Source: Octopus bimaculoides
Taxonomy: Eukaryota
Direction: 5' to 3'
DNA length: 36,034 nt
Assembly: GCF_001194135.2 (NCBI RefSeq)
Contig: NC_068991.1
Location: 76,134,682 to 76,170,715, forward strand
Below are positions 1 to 12,187 of this stretch, piece by piece. Under the pieces are notes generated by a model. It was not told where the DNA came from and made no database searches. It saw only the letters and a program-made list of their open reading frames with translations. Numbering within the stretch: position 1 is the first letter of the stretch; each line of letters begins with the position of its first letter. The translations under genes were made by a program, and so were the position numbers.

Positions 1-246
1 TATATATGTATATATATATATATATATGTGTGTGTTTGTGTGTCTGTGTTTGTCCCCCCAACATCGCTTGACAACCGATGCTGGTGTGTTTATGTCCCCC
101 GTAACTTAGCGGTTCGGCAAAAGAGACTGTTAGAATAAGTACTAGGCTTCCAAAGAATAAGTCCTGGGGTCGATTTGCTCGACTAAAGGCGGTGCTCCAG
201 CATGGCCACAGTCAAAAGACTGAAACAAGTAAAAGAGTAAAAGAGT
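1..246 (+). mobile_element. tRNA-derived SINE, family A, 3' body and tail (head lies outside the window)
   Basis: Closely matches 31280-31468 (+) and 6297-6520 (-): gtttgtccccc..cgcttgacaaccgatg..gtaacttagcggttcggcaa..gaataagtactaggctt..gtcgatttgctcgactaaaggcggtgctccagcatggcc. Ends in an (A)AAAGAGT-repeat tail. Confidence 0.9.
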
Positions 247-721
247 ATATATATATATATATATATATATATAATGGATGACTGATTAGTAACAAGTAAA
301 ATCGATCCCAACAAATTTGGAATGTAGAGCAACAAATTCTAAATATTCTAAGCGATCTTTGTTAAAATATAATTGTTATTTCTTTGAGCTTCGCAATGCC
401 AATAAAGCTACATAATTACCCAAAGACATACTTATATCAAATGAATTCCCAACTGCGATTATGATCGAATGGAACTAATCGTCGTTCGCTTATGTACTGA
501 GATATACATTTCTTCTACTAAAAAAATGTTTATGACCCGTCTCTATCTACTTGTGAAAGAACTTAGTGTTTCAGTGTGTTCTTTTTTTTTTATTTCTCAT
601 ATATGAAATTACAGGCACAGCAGGGGAGACATGAATATAGCTTCTTAAAAGAGACATCATAAGGAAGGAGATCAATAGCGGCTCAATAAATAACAGGCTG
701 GATTAGAATCTTTGCAATACA

Positions 722-755
<34 letters not shown>

Positions 756-770
756 CATATATATATATAT

Positions 771-1321
771 NNNNNNNNNNNNNNNNNNNNNNNNNNNNNN
801 NNNNNNNNNNNNNNNNNNNNNNNNNNNNNNNNNNNNNNNNNNNNNNNNNNNNNNNNNNNNNNNNNNNNNNNNNNNNNNNNNNNNNNNNNNNNNNNNNNNN
901 NNNNNNNNNNNNNNNNNNNNNNNNNNNNNNNNNNNNNNNNNNNNNNNNNNNNNNNNNNNNNNNNNNNNNNNNNNNNNNNNNNNNNNNNNNNNNNNNNNNN
1001 NNNNNNNNNNNNNNNNNNNNNNNNNNNNNNNNNNNNNNNNNNNNNNNNNNNNNNNNNNNNNNNNNNNNNNNNNNNNNNNNNNNNNNNNNNNNNNNNNNNN
1101 NNNNNNNNNNNNNNNNNNNNNNNNNNNNNNNNNNNNNNNNNNNNNNNNNNNNNNNNNNNNNNNNNNNNNNNNNNNNNNNNNNNNNNNNNNNNNNNNNNNN
1201 NNNNNNNNNNNNNNNNNNNNNNNNNNNNNNNNNNNNNNNNNNNNNNNNNNNNNNNNNNNNNNNNNNNNNNNNNNNNNNNNNNNNNNNNNNNNNNNNNNNN
1301 NNNNNNNNNNNNNNNNNNNNN
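771..1321. other. Assembly gap (N-run) flanked by (TACA)n/(TA)n and (CT)n(CA)n microsatellites
   Basis: Seen directly. Other gaps: 6606-6751, 8134-8201, 9608-9749, 10668-10804, 13668-13677, 19052-19290, 22441-23278, 23902-24001, 29172-29397, 30288-30545, 30963-30972, 33252-33985. Confidence 0.99.
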
Positions 1322-1386
<65 letters not shown>

Positions 1387-3179
1387 TTACAGGAAGAAAT
1401 ATGGCATAATTGCATACAACTTATGCAATTATGGAAACAGGCAAATCGATTCCAGGTCAATTAAATATGATTTTGTTCCTATAACAAAAAAGTCACTTTT
1501 AACCGCAAAACTCAAACATGTATATCATGAAAACGTTTTCTATACAAATGGCTCGAAGTAACATGCGACTCCTTATTTTTCCTTGTTCCGTCCCATCTTT
1601 ATCATTTTTATTATATGTTTATATATATGATAGATGCTAAACGCACCTTAAAAATATGTATACCACTATAGTTTCAGTTGAAATGTGATATAAATCATTT
1701 ATTCTGTAAACGCGTCTCGTTCTAATCTTGTTTTCCATACATATAAACACAGAATAAAATTAGTCGGTGAAAAGAATATCGTCACAACAATTGCTGTAAA
1801 GCGTGAGAGTCAAAGCTGAGGCTGATAGCGATCGATGGCCAAAGCTTCGCTAGGGAAAACCTGCAATGATGCAAATATATCAATTGTCTATATCTACAGA
1901 ATATATTAAGTAAAAAACGTAACAATTTCAACGACCTTGCATCTAGCTTCCCAGTCTTAACCAGAAGTGAAGACATAGACAAAAATGAAGGCATAGACGA
2001 CCAGATTAGAATTTAGGAATTCAAACGCTGGAGATCGGGCTATATTGTATCACCAACAGAGAAGAGGTAGTTCAGTCATATACTACTATTCTCGCACGCT
2101 ATGAAAAAAGATCATATTTTGTGATATACAAATAGAGAGAGTAATCCGAATAATCAACTTTTCAAAGACAACCAGGAATAGAAGTACGGACTGATCAATC
2201 CAACAATCCCGAGAATTTATGCAAATTATTTGAAACATTTCCTCTAAATATTAAGATCCGGAAAAAAAGACGACTGGGAGTTAAAAATTGTAAACAGAAA
2301 CAAAAATCACTATACAAATAAATTGCTTGTAAATTGTCATAAACAATTCAGACACCGCGAGGTACTGCGCACATATTTGAAATTTCTTTCAATAGAATAG
2401 CGAAGTTAAAACCCAACCAAAACACTGCGCCTACCCAAACTGAACAGAGCTGTGATCACTTGTGCAGTTGAAGGATGCAATAGACGTAGGACTTCTGAAA
2501 AATAATTATAGTAACTAACGTTTTGCGTGATATATTTTGTAATGGATAAACTCTTGCCAGTTAGATCAAAACTTTTCAATGACTGGTTAATATATTATTA
2601 TAATAGAGAAACGTTTGCGTGTGATATAACTAAAGATTTTGCGTGATAACTCTTTCGTAAACTTCAACAAGATGATTAGAAATCAACGTAATTTCCTCCC
2701 TTCAAAACATTAACCTTTTATTATTTTCATTTTACTGATATTTCTTCGAAACATGATTTCTTACGAAACCGTCCATGGAACAACCTTGCTTTCTCTATGA
2801 ATACAGTATATCAAGTATTAATGGAATATGCAACATATTACGTTGAGTATTTCCAAGGCAATGGAAAACACTGCAAAAACGAAATGATGCATCGCATGTA
2901 CTCTAGTCGTTTTTTACAGTGAAAGGACAATACGATGTGAAAATAATACTATAAGCAAAATATTAATAACAATAACAATATCAATAATGATAACAATAAT
3001 AATAACTGTAAGAAGAAATAGGATAGGAAGAATAAGAAGAATCTGGCTAGGCTAAGTTAAGCATGCAACAATGTATTGCAGACGGGCCAAATAAGACGTA
3101 TATAGTGACATGCAATGCAGTGTTGGGGAAAAGACGTTTCAAATATACAGGGGAGGATAAGTAAATTAAATATAGCTTC

Positions 3180-3300
3180 TTTTCAGTCGTATTGCGTGAC
3201 ATCTTGAGCAAGTGTCTTCGAATCGACCAATGCTTTGTGAGTAGATCTTGTAACCGAAAATAAAAAGAAACAGATTGTGTATGTATATCTCTGTGTGTAT
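3180..3300 (+). mobile_element. Degraded family A SINE fragment (post-head region)
   Basis: tgcgtgacatcttgagcaagtgtcttc..cgaccaatgctttgtgagtagat..aaaaagaa aligns with tgcgtggcaccttgggtaagtgcc..caaccaaagtcttgtgagtggat..gaaagaag at 31139-31227. Confidence 0.65.
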
Positions 3301-3463
3301 ATTCATAAAAATACTACAGTTATCCGAACTTTGGTCAGAATTTACTTTTGGTTGGCTACACTGCCTTCAGCCCTTGCATGCTAAGGTACAGTACTCGAAT
3401 TGTATCGTAATCAAGGTTTGACCTTGATCGCTCCATTTTGCTTGCTTGTGCTACGGAGTAAAC

Positions 3464-4718
3464 ATGGCCGCTCCGCTGGCCATTTCTACGAAGGAAGAAC
3501 GGAAATTCGTGATCCGACTTCTCGGGTCTGAAGATGTGTCAGGGATCTAATTTATCACAAGCTTTCAGAACAATATCGGGACGGCACTCTACTGGAGAGA
3601 AATGTGTATGAGTGGATGGAGAAGTTTAAATGTAGCCGGACAAGTGTGAATCACGAAGAGGGAGTAGGACGCCATCGACATACATTATTGACGTCAAGAT
3701 GCATCAAGCTTGAAAGATGGTCCTGGCGAACCGACGAAAGACCATCGATAACGTGGCTTGTTGTCTGAAAATTAACCATTTTTCTTATTTCTTTATTGCC
3801 CACAAGAGGCTAAACATAGAGGGGACAAACAAAGTGATTAAGTCGATTACATCGACCCCAGTGCATATGTGGTACTCAATTTATCGACTCTGAAAGGATG
3901 AGAGGTTAAGTCGATCTCGGCGGAATTTGAACTCACAATATAAAGACAGACGAAATACTGCTAAGCATTTCACCCGGTGTGCTAACGTTTCTGCCATCTC
4001 GTCGCCGTCTGAAAATTAAGCATGTATCTGCGTACGAAATCATCCACGACAAGCTTTGGTTGTGTGTGCGAGATGTGTGCCAAAGTAACTTACCGGAGTT
4101 CATAGGCGCAATTGTGTGGAGAGTTGTCAACGCTACTCGACTGCTACGACAATGAAATCAAAGATTTTTGGAGAGAATAGTCACAAGAGGTGAGATCCGG
4201 GTCCCTCATTTTCATTCAGAATGCAAATGGCAGAATATGGAGAGGAGTCACCAACGAAAAAGAAATTCACCAATCAACAGTTTTTGGTGACGCAAAAGGG
4301 CCTATACTGGAAGATTACCTGAAAACGGGTTCTACAGTCACTAGTTTAGGCTGTAGTAAAATGCTGCTGACGAACTGGAACCTGCAATTTCCACAAAGTT
4401 TTGAGGTCTGTTGTTAGAGCAAGTGTTATTCTTACACGACAATGCACGCCTACGCACGGCTGCCCACACCGTTGAAACCATTGATAAATTGAGCTTCAAT
4501 TTACTGGAACACACTTCGTACACTCTAGATTTTATTCCTTCCGATAATCAATTATACATTATGAAGTCGTTGATTTTATACGGCAACGAATCGCAGGAAG
4601 CACTGCGTAAATGGCAGTGCGACCAGCCGTAAGCTTTCCTCGCCGATGCAATACGTAAGATTCCATCTGAAAAGAAACGTATCGCAAAACAAGAAGAGTA
4701 TGTCAAAAGGCGATGTAA
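3464..4718 (+). pseudogene. Mariner (DD34D-type) transposase pseudogene
   Basis: Translation across frameshifts and stops: MAAPLAISTKEERKFVIRLLGSEDVSG..IYHKLSEQYRDGTLLERNVYEWMEKFKCSRTSVNHEEGVGR..KMVLANRRKTIDNVACCLKI[SINE]HVSAYEIIHDKL..RFLERIVTRGE..TVFGDAKGPILEDYLKTGSTVTS..VLFLHDNARLRTAAHTVETIDKLSFNLLEHTSYTLDFIPSD..QEALRKW..EEYVK. HDNAR and the YSPDLAPSD-like motif are mariner hallmarks. Confidence 0.93.
3780..4006 (-). mobile_element. Full-length tRNA-derived SINE, family B, inserted in the mariner with a 17-bp TSD
   Basis: On the minus strand the head is ggcgacgagatggcagaaacgttagc, the B-box is gagttcaaattcc and the tail is A-rich (gggcaataaagaaataagaaaa). Flanks are gtctgaaaattaaccat (3763-3779) and gtctgaaaattaagcat (4007-4023). 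Confidence 0.93.
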
Positions 4719-6296
4719 CCGTTCAACTTCTGTTTTTACTTTTATAATTTATAGATAAAAAATGCGTATATACGCGTGTATGACTTTGCGCTTTTGACTA
4801 ACCTCACACCCCGTCCATCGCTTATCTGGCGTAGGTTAATTTAGGTCCGGCATCTTAGCGTTTCGGTAAAGTAAAACACTGGAACAAGCAACTGACTTTA
4901 TGAAAAAAAAAGAGCTGGTTTGGATTTCTTCGACCTAAAACCTTCAATGTTGTGATCCAAGCATGGCTGCTGTTCAATGAGTGAAACGAGTGAAATATAA
5001 AAGACTGATCGATAAAAAAAAAATAAGCAAACACAAAAGAAAGACGATTCATCATCGTTACTCACAGTTAGACGCTGCCACTGAGAATTGATCAGGTCAC
5101 CCATCAATCATTCCGCTCCGAATTACTCCAAAAATATGCTCTGAAAATGTTATCTCGTCACTGAGCAACTTTGTGGTCGAATGGGGGGATAAATATTACA
5201 ACGTGGCAGTGTGGGCTAGAGGCTTCATGGAAAGGAAAATGACGTTATTCGAAGGAAGGTTTGCATTTTCGAACTCAGAGATGAGAAACGTAAAGAGGAT
5301 ACTGGAGGCAGTCTAAAAAGCCAGCTTCAAAATATGGCTGAAGCGAGAAGACCAAAAATGTCTTAAAAGCCATAACATGCCGGCTGGGAAATAGCATCGC
5401 TTGGTGAGACTGGCTTCAGTATTCTTCCCGAGAAAGACACATGACGGACCTGCCGCAAGGGTGGAAGTCAATACATTCAAAAGACCCACTGACATTGCAC
5501 GGTTATATACATGTGTGTACGTGTTTGTCTGAGTCTGGGTGTCTCTCTATATAATATATATATATATATGTCTAGAAATATGTCTATATGGCTTTTGATT
5601 GAAAAGGCATGAGCTCTTTTGGTGAGGGGAGATGGAACAGTTTTGGCGACAATTAAATAGTGTCTATAATTCATGAACAGAAGAGAAAACTGTTAGATTT
5701 GCACTAAGTAACGTGAAAGTCTATTAGTTTAAGTGATTTGGTCAGTGACCGCGCAACAATGAAATAATTGAGTTAGATTTTTCCGCTTCCTAATCAGACA
5801 CATGATAACATTGTCATTAATTAATTACTTAGCACTTGTACAAGAAATACAATAATTCGTATTACGAAATTTATCAAAACAGTAATTGAACTACCTCGTT
5901 CTAAAAGTATTTATGCCAAACCAAAATGAATATAACGTTTATCTAATTGCTGTTTAATGAGATGTCCTTTCAATCTTTTAAACAATTTTCATAAAACTGA
6001 CATAATACAAGTTAATTAGTATACAAAGAATATCTAATATTTTACGAGAGTAGAAAGTTAACTTGAATACTTTAACACAATTTAAAACATACTTGAGGCA
6101 GGTTCTGCTCTTCATTGATCGGGTGTCAACAGAATAAATATCAGTAATGACCGGTCGTTTATTTAAACGTCTGAAGAAGTCAATTTAGGTTAATTACGTC
6201 ATGCTATACACACTACAGAAAATTAGGGGCTGCTTATGCCCTGACAGTCATATATTCTTTTATAGGAGTAGAATGGTGTATTAAGTGTCATTGCAG

Positions 6297-6555
6297 ATTA
6301 TTCTTTTATTCTTTTATTCTTTTATTCTGGAACGAGCTTAAGTCATTTGACTGCGGCCATGCTAGAGCAGTGCCTTCAAGGGTTTTAGTCGAAACAAATC
6401 GACGCCATGATTTGTTTTTAGCCTTGTACTTATTCTATCAGTTTCCTTTTGCCGAACCGCTAAGTTACGGGGACATAAACACATCAAAACCGGTTGTCAT
6501 GCGTTGATGCGGGGAACAAATACAGGCACAAAGACACTCACACATAGATAAACAC

Positions 6556-6592
<37 letters not shown>

Positions 6593-6927
6593 CACACACA
6601 CACACNNNNNNNNNNNNNNNNNNNNNNNNNNNNNNNNNNNNNNNNNNNNNNNNNNNNNNNNNNNNNNNNNNNNNNNNNNNNNNNNNNNNNNNNNNNNNNN
6701 NNNNNNNNNNNNNNNNNNNNNNNNNNNNNNNNNNNNNNNNNNNNNNNNNNNTACATACATACGACAGCCTTCTCACAGTTTCCGTTTACCAAATCCACTC
6801 ACAAGGCGTTGGTCGGCCTGAAGCTATAGTAGAAGACACTTGCCCAAGGTGCCGCACAGTGGAACTGAGCCTGGAACCATGTGGTTGAGAAGCAAGCTTC
6901 TTACCACACAGCCACGCCTGTGCCTAT
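6297..6927 (-). mobile_element. Full-length tRNA-derived SINE, family A, with internal (TG)n and a gap
   Basis: The minus-strand head aggcacaggcgtggctgtgtggtaagaagcttgcttctcaaccacatggttccaggctcagttcc has A/B-box-like motifs. The body matches 1-246 and 31071-31468, and the tail is (GAATAAAA)n. Confidence 0.93.
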
Positions 6928-7511
6928 CTTTGTATTTTGTTTGCTTGCTTCCGTTCGAAATACCATCCTACTCAACAGAGACAACTGTTGTGCATCGTAG
7001 ATCTCTCCATGCATGGAAGATTCTCCCGCGAGAACGAGGTATGAGCATCCATGTGTTCGGCCACCTGAACTACCGACTCTTTGAATTATTATGTAAATGG
7101 GTGAATATTCCACATATACGCGAACCTTTATTTTAATACTCAAGTACACTGAGTGCGAGTCAATATGAGAAGGATGGATATTTGAACTGCAGAAATATTC
7201 TCTCCCACGGGATTCCTGAAAGCTTATACTCACAAATTACACACATATATACACATACACACAGACGCACATGCACACAGACGCACATACACACATACGC
7301 ACATACACCCATATTCACAAATATCTTCATGTATCTACACATATATACTCGAGCAGAGATATACGTGCGTAGTCTCGTGTGTAAAATATATTGTAATATA
7401 CGTAAATAAAATCTTGTACATGAAAAATATAACGAATATGTACCCACGCTCACAAATTCACCTATACATACGCAGAAGGACAGAAATTTCGACGCAGGAG
7501 ATAAATCTATA

Positions 7512-7590
7512 CTCAGTCACTTGCGCGTTAATTTCACAAGCAGGCTACTCCTTTAATTGGATCAACTGGAACCCTCGTCGTCGTAACTGA
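7512..7590 (+). mobile_element. 3' fragment of SINE family C
   Basis: cacttgcgcgttaatttcacaagc..gatcaactggaaccctcgtcgtcgtaac aligns with the reverse complement of 34447-34485 (cacttgcacgttaatttcataaat). Confidence 0.7.
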
Positions 7591-8201
7591 AGTATATGTT
7601 CAGTGATATACTAAACGAGATCTATACTAGAAATCAACCACATCACACAGTGATGTATTCTACCACCTTCCGAAAACTTTCACTTGAAATAACTTATTAT
7701 ATAACATCTTACAATGAATAATGTCTATATGTAGTTTATTTCATGAAGGAAAAAAATTTGAAAATGAAGAAACATAAGAAAACTTATTAACGTTTGCAAT
7801 GCTCGTATTTACAGCTCTTCAATTCGCAAGAATTCCTTGGACGCTGTAATTACAATTTTTTTTTGTGTCTGGGAAACTTATATTGAGTAATAATTTTACC
7901 ATTCAGTGTATCTTTTGTGTAATACTTTCACGCAAACTTCTATTAATTTTCTTATAGTGTAAGAGGACTTACACATGCAATAGAAAGTTAGGATGTAATT
8001 CTTCGACAATTTTTTACTCGAAACTCTTTTACAACTCTCAAATTTTATTTATGGATATTTAAAGAAATTTGCGTTTCAAAATTATTCACAAAGTTTATGT
8101 CTACCTGTAAAGATGTGTGTGTGTGTATATATANNNNNNNNNNNNNNNNNNNNNNNNNNNNNNNNNNNNNNNNNNNNNNNNNNNNNNNNNNNNNNNNNNN
8201 N

Positions 8202-8228
<27 letters not shown>

Positions 8229-8267
<39 letters not shown>
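8229..8267. repeat. (GATA)n microsatellite following (TA)n
   Basis: Seen directly. Confidence 0.95.
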
Positions 8268-8964
8268 CTGATTAAAGTGTATCTAATAATACTTTAAGGT
8301 GTGAGACGGTGAAGAATATCTTCACAACGTTGCAGTCTAATTATTTACGATGAAAAATTAAAACCTTTTGATATATTTAAATAGAAGCGTAACGTAATTT
8401 ATTCCCCCATGTATTTTAAGAAATATCAATTTGCTGTTAATTAATGTAATTATGTTATATAATCACTGAAGCCATTTTTTCTAATTGGTAAATAAGAAAA
8501 CTTTGATTTAGAAAAATTAATTTTAATTTCGGTTTCTAATATTTTTTTAGCAGACTTTCTGAAATTCCTCATACAAAATAAAATATCTTGTTTTAATATC
8601 TGAATCGGATTTTTTTTTTCCTATAGTTAACACACTCTTGCCATTTGAGTGTGAATCTGCGCTTCATTTATTCTGCAGAAAAAAGTTTATTCCCTACTAC
8701 ACACTTTACTCAAAACGAAATTTAAATGGTAAAAATTGTACTCCATCCATCAGAGGCAACGCTATTCAGCCATCCATACTTTACAACATTAACATCAGCT
8801 TTTGTACTGGTCTTAAGTCAATACTGTTTGAATAAATTATGTTCAAAAGAACCTCTTGTACTATCGTGTATTAGGAGTCGTGTAGTTAAAGAATATCCTT
8901 TTATAATTGAAAACATTAAGGCTTGATTTAAAGAATACTTAATCTTTGATTCTTTCGTTCTGAA

Positions 8965-9490
8965 TTCAGCCAATGGATGAGAGCGTGCTGGAGCACTGTC
9001 TTGTATAATTTCGTCAATAAAATCTACCTTAGTATTTCTTTTGAGTTTGATGCTTATGCAAATAATATCTTGCTGCCGAACTGGTAAATTACGGGGGTGT
9101 AATTGAAACGATGGCGGTTCTGGAGTGAGACACTCTCACACCCGCTAACTCACACACGCACGCACACACACAAACACATGTATTCTGGTATTCTTGTACT
9201 AGTTTCAACTATTACACTGCGGTAATTCTAGTCATTGCTTTAGTGCATACAAACCGAGTGTAGTAATTATTTTCAGTTACAAACATATTCCATCCTTTTC
9301 TTTTGCTGAACTGCTAAGTAACAGAGGTATCTATAATCCAAAGCAGAAACAGATCAATCAGGACGAATACATAGACATATATAATATGTATCACTGTCCG
9401 CTTGCGCACACGACAATTGGTCAAAGTTCACCACACTAAAACTGAACCTCAAAGCACGTGAGTGCGAATCAAACTTCTTCGACGCACACC
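8965..9490 (-). mobile_element. Old, degraded family A SINE (body about 8965-9135, head about 9408-9490)
   Basis: gctggagcactgtcttg and gccgaactggtaaattacgggg match the family A body. actgaacctcaaagcacgtgagtgcgaatcaaacttctt matches the reverse head. The two pieces may be separate copies. Confidence 0.55.
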
Positions 9491-9575
9491 TATAGTATGC
9501 ACCAATATAAGTATGTATTTATGCATATATATGTAAACGTAAATGTATACAAATACATGTAAATATATGTATAAA

Positions 9576-9607
<32 letters not shown>

Positions 9608-10459
9608 NNNNNNNNNNNNNNNNNNNNNNNNNNNNNNNNNNNNNNNNNNNNNNNNNNNNNNNNNNNNNNNNNNNNNNNNNNNNNNNNNNNNNNNNNNNNN
9701 NNNNNNNNNNNNNNNNNNNNNNNNNNNNNNNNNNNNNNNNNNNNNNNNNTATATATATACATATATATAATATATATATATGTATACATATATGTATATA
9801 TGTACGGGTGTGCCCGTGCGTTTGTGTGTTTGTGTGTGTGTTTATGTGTGAGTGTTTGTGTATATTATCTTTCATTTCCTATCTGCAAATTCTGTTTTAA
9901 TTCGCATTTTATTTGGGATGTAATTATAAAACCCTCTACCACTGACGCCACAAAAATACTCTTGAGAATATGAAGTTGTATCTGGCAACGTTTGGCTGAC
10001 TTTTTTTTGATTTTTTTTTTTTAATTTTTAATCTTAGACTGAGAGCACAATATTATTTAGAAATAAAATTATCATTGGTGATTTCGTCTCTGCAGTATAA
10101 GAAAATTGGTGATTAATTTTAAAACATTGGTTTGTTTCTTAATCCGTATTTCTTTGTAATGTTAGAGACGGATTGACTCTGTTTCGATGCAGGAGCATTT
10201 CCTTCATATCACATTCTGCCATTGTAAATGAATGATACGGTGAGTAATGTGTTTATATGTAATGGAAAAAAGAGTTTCTTGTGGTTAGGGATGTCTTTTA
10301 GCATATGCCTTCTACCTCGTAGATGATCTGTCGTGAAGCACAAATAAGGCAACCCCAAAATACGTGAAAGGAAATGTGGGATTCAAGACGAAAGATTAAA
10401 CCGGTACAAAGTCCATCTACCACAACTTCTGCCACAGGCCGGAAAATTCCAGGTGAAGA

Positions 10460-10655
10460 GATATTATAATTGCATTCACTTCAATGCTCAGCTGATATCT
10501 TTTTTCGACCCCGAAAGAATGAAAGGCAGGGTAGATCTCTGTTAAACGTGAACTCAGGACGTAAAAACGGCTACAGTAGCAGACACTTGCCTAAGGTGCC
10601 ACGCAGTAGGACTGAACTCGAAACCATGTGGTCGGTAAGCAAGCTACTTACCACA
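10460..10655 (-). mobile_element. Chimeric SINE: family A head joined to family B B-box and body
   Basis: 10569-10654 matches the family A head (6826-6910). 10478-10568 matches family B (cgaccccgaaagaatgaaagg..gaactcaggacgtaaa vs 3885-3945). Confidence 0.8.
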
Positions 10656-11950
10656 AATACATATATTNNNNNNNNNNNNNNNNNNNNNNNNNNNNNNNNN
10701 NNNNNNNNNNNNNNNNNNNNNNNNNNNNNNNNNNNNNNNNNNNNNNNNNNNNNNNNNNNNNNNNNNNNNNNNNNNNNNNNNNNNNNNNNNNNNNNNNNNN
10801 NNNNTATATATATATATATATATATATGCATATATGTATATTACAGCACCATTGCCGTAACCTTCTGAAACAGTATTCTCTAGACCTTCGACACGACGAC
10901 CAACGTCATTATTATTTATATATAAGTGTGTGTACATGTGTGTGTGTGTATTTATATATACACAGGTATAGAGAGAGATGCATATATACTTATACATGTA
11001 CATATGTAAGTGTTCTAACTCCAAATACCGACTCTTCCATCTCTGAAGGATTGGTAATGTATTTTCGTGTCAATAACTGAGTTTGATTCAGCCACAGTAC
11101 TCTCTGGCATATTTAATTGTTTGTAATTGCATCAGTAACAATTATAATTAATATTGTTGTAGCAGTAAACTCTGAAACTTCTAATAACAGCACACTTGAG
11201 GGAATGTGTGTCACATTTGAAACTGAATTTCAAGTCGGACGCTTCCACTGCAATTTACATTCTAAACTGTCACGAAATGTCCACGTTTATTTCAACTTAT
11301 TTATTTAATAACATTAGAATTTACTTCGTAACAGAAGGTGGTTGTTATGAAAAAGAAATTCTACAACAGCTACGTGAATTGCTGTGATATTAATGATATT
11401 ACGATTTCAATTGCGAAAAACATGTGGTAAAATGAGTAATATTTTGTGAAATGGCAAGAGAGGACGCAAGCGAAAACAAATAACAGTAATTGAAAGTGAA
11501 GAGACCCCTTTGCATTTATAATGACCTGATAGATGCTGAAATTACATAGAATGAAAATCATTTGTTAGAATAGTTGAGTTGAAGAATGCAAAGAACAGTC
11601 CTGAACCTTACATTAATTTCGAGACATTGATCGAATTTGTATTAAAGATAGTACAATAAATACCATCATTATTTTGCTTCACTTTAACCTTCTTACATTC
11701 AATTTTAATTTTTTTAAAATTTCATTACATTTTTCCGTAACATTCTAGTGATTACGCAAATTGTTTCTAAATATTTTTTACTGCCAGTTAATTTTTATAT
11801 AGTTACCTCCCAGAAACACTGTATACTGCTAAATGTTTTCTACACTCTACTAATAGAACGTTCTTAATTTCCATTTTGGTGACCATTGCAATAATATTTT
11901 ATGTGGTCACCGAGAAACCCTCTACGTAGTCACTTGTCCAGTTGGAAATG

Positions 11951-12187
11951 CAGCAATCCCGCACCATATCGCCGTTCACCTATCACGGTTCTCCTATCGC
12001 GGTTTATTATTTAAGCTTACGTCGATTCATCCGTGGTGTGGTTTTGCTTTTATAATAAAATAAATACATACAAATTATAAAAATAATTTTAAAAAATATA
12101 CGATACAGTACTCATTCTACTTCGCGGATTTTCACCTATCGCGTGGGGTTTAAGAACGTAAAATCCGCGATAGTCGAAGGATTACTC
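11951..12187. mobile_element. Tigger/pogo-like MITE, about 237 bp
   Basis: Imperfect TIRs: cagcaatccc..tatcgc on the left and gcgatagtcgaaggattactc on the right. TA flanks the right end (12188-12189) and TG the left. The motif cacctatc(a/g)cg is repeated internally, and the core is AT-rich with no ORF. Confidence 0.7.

Larger units (their letters stand above)
3315..4810 (+). mobile_element. Near full-length decayed mariner transposon, interrupted by a SINE
   Basis: Carries a transposase relic from ATG 3464 to about 4718. The TIRs are eroded (gttatccgaac near 3319; ttttgactaacctcac near 4792), so the boundaries are approximate. Confidence 0.85.

Noticed and set aside
5203-5213. tggcagtgtgg, matching the 5' end of miR-34
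   Set aside because: The match stops after 11 nt and I see no precursor hairpin.
5150-5480. Possible RTE endonuclease relic
   Set aside because: Only vague similarity; no intact motif in any frame.
7030-7105. Tc1-like WPPxSPDL..DYYVW resemblance
   Set aside because: It needs several indels over a short span and cannot be supported by eye.
8740-8763. SVASDGWST on the minus strand, similar to the hAT DGW motif
   Set aside because: A single short motif flanked by stops, with no other hAT features.
10160-10245. Strong splice donor (ACG|GTGAGT at 10240) with upstream AG
   Set aside because: From the candidate acceptors every frame hits a stop, and a lone donor motif is common. A non-coding exon cannot be excluded.
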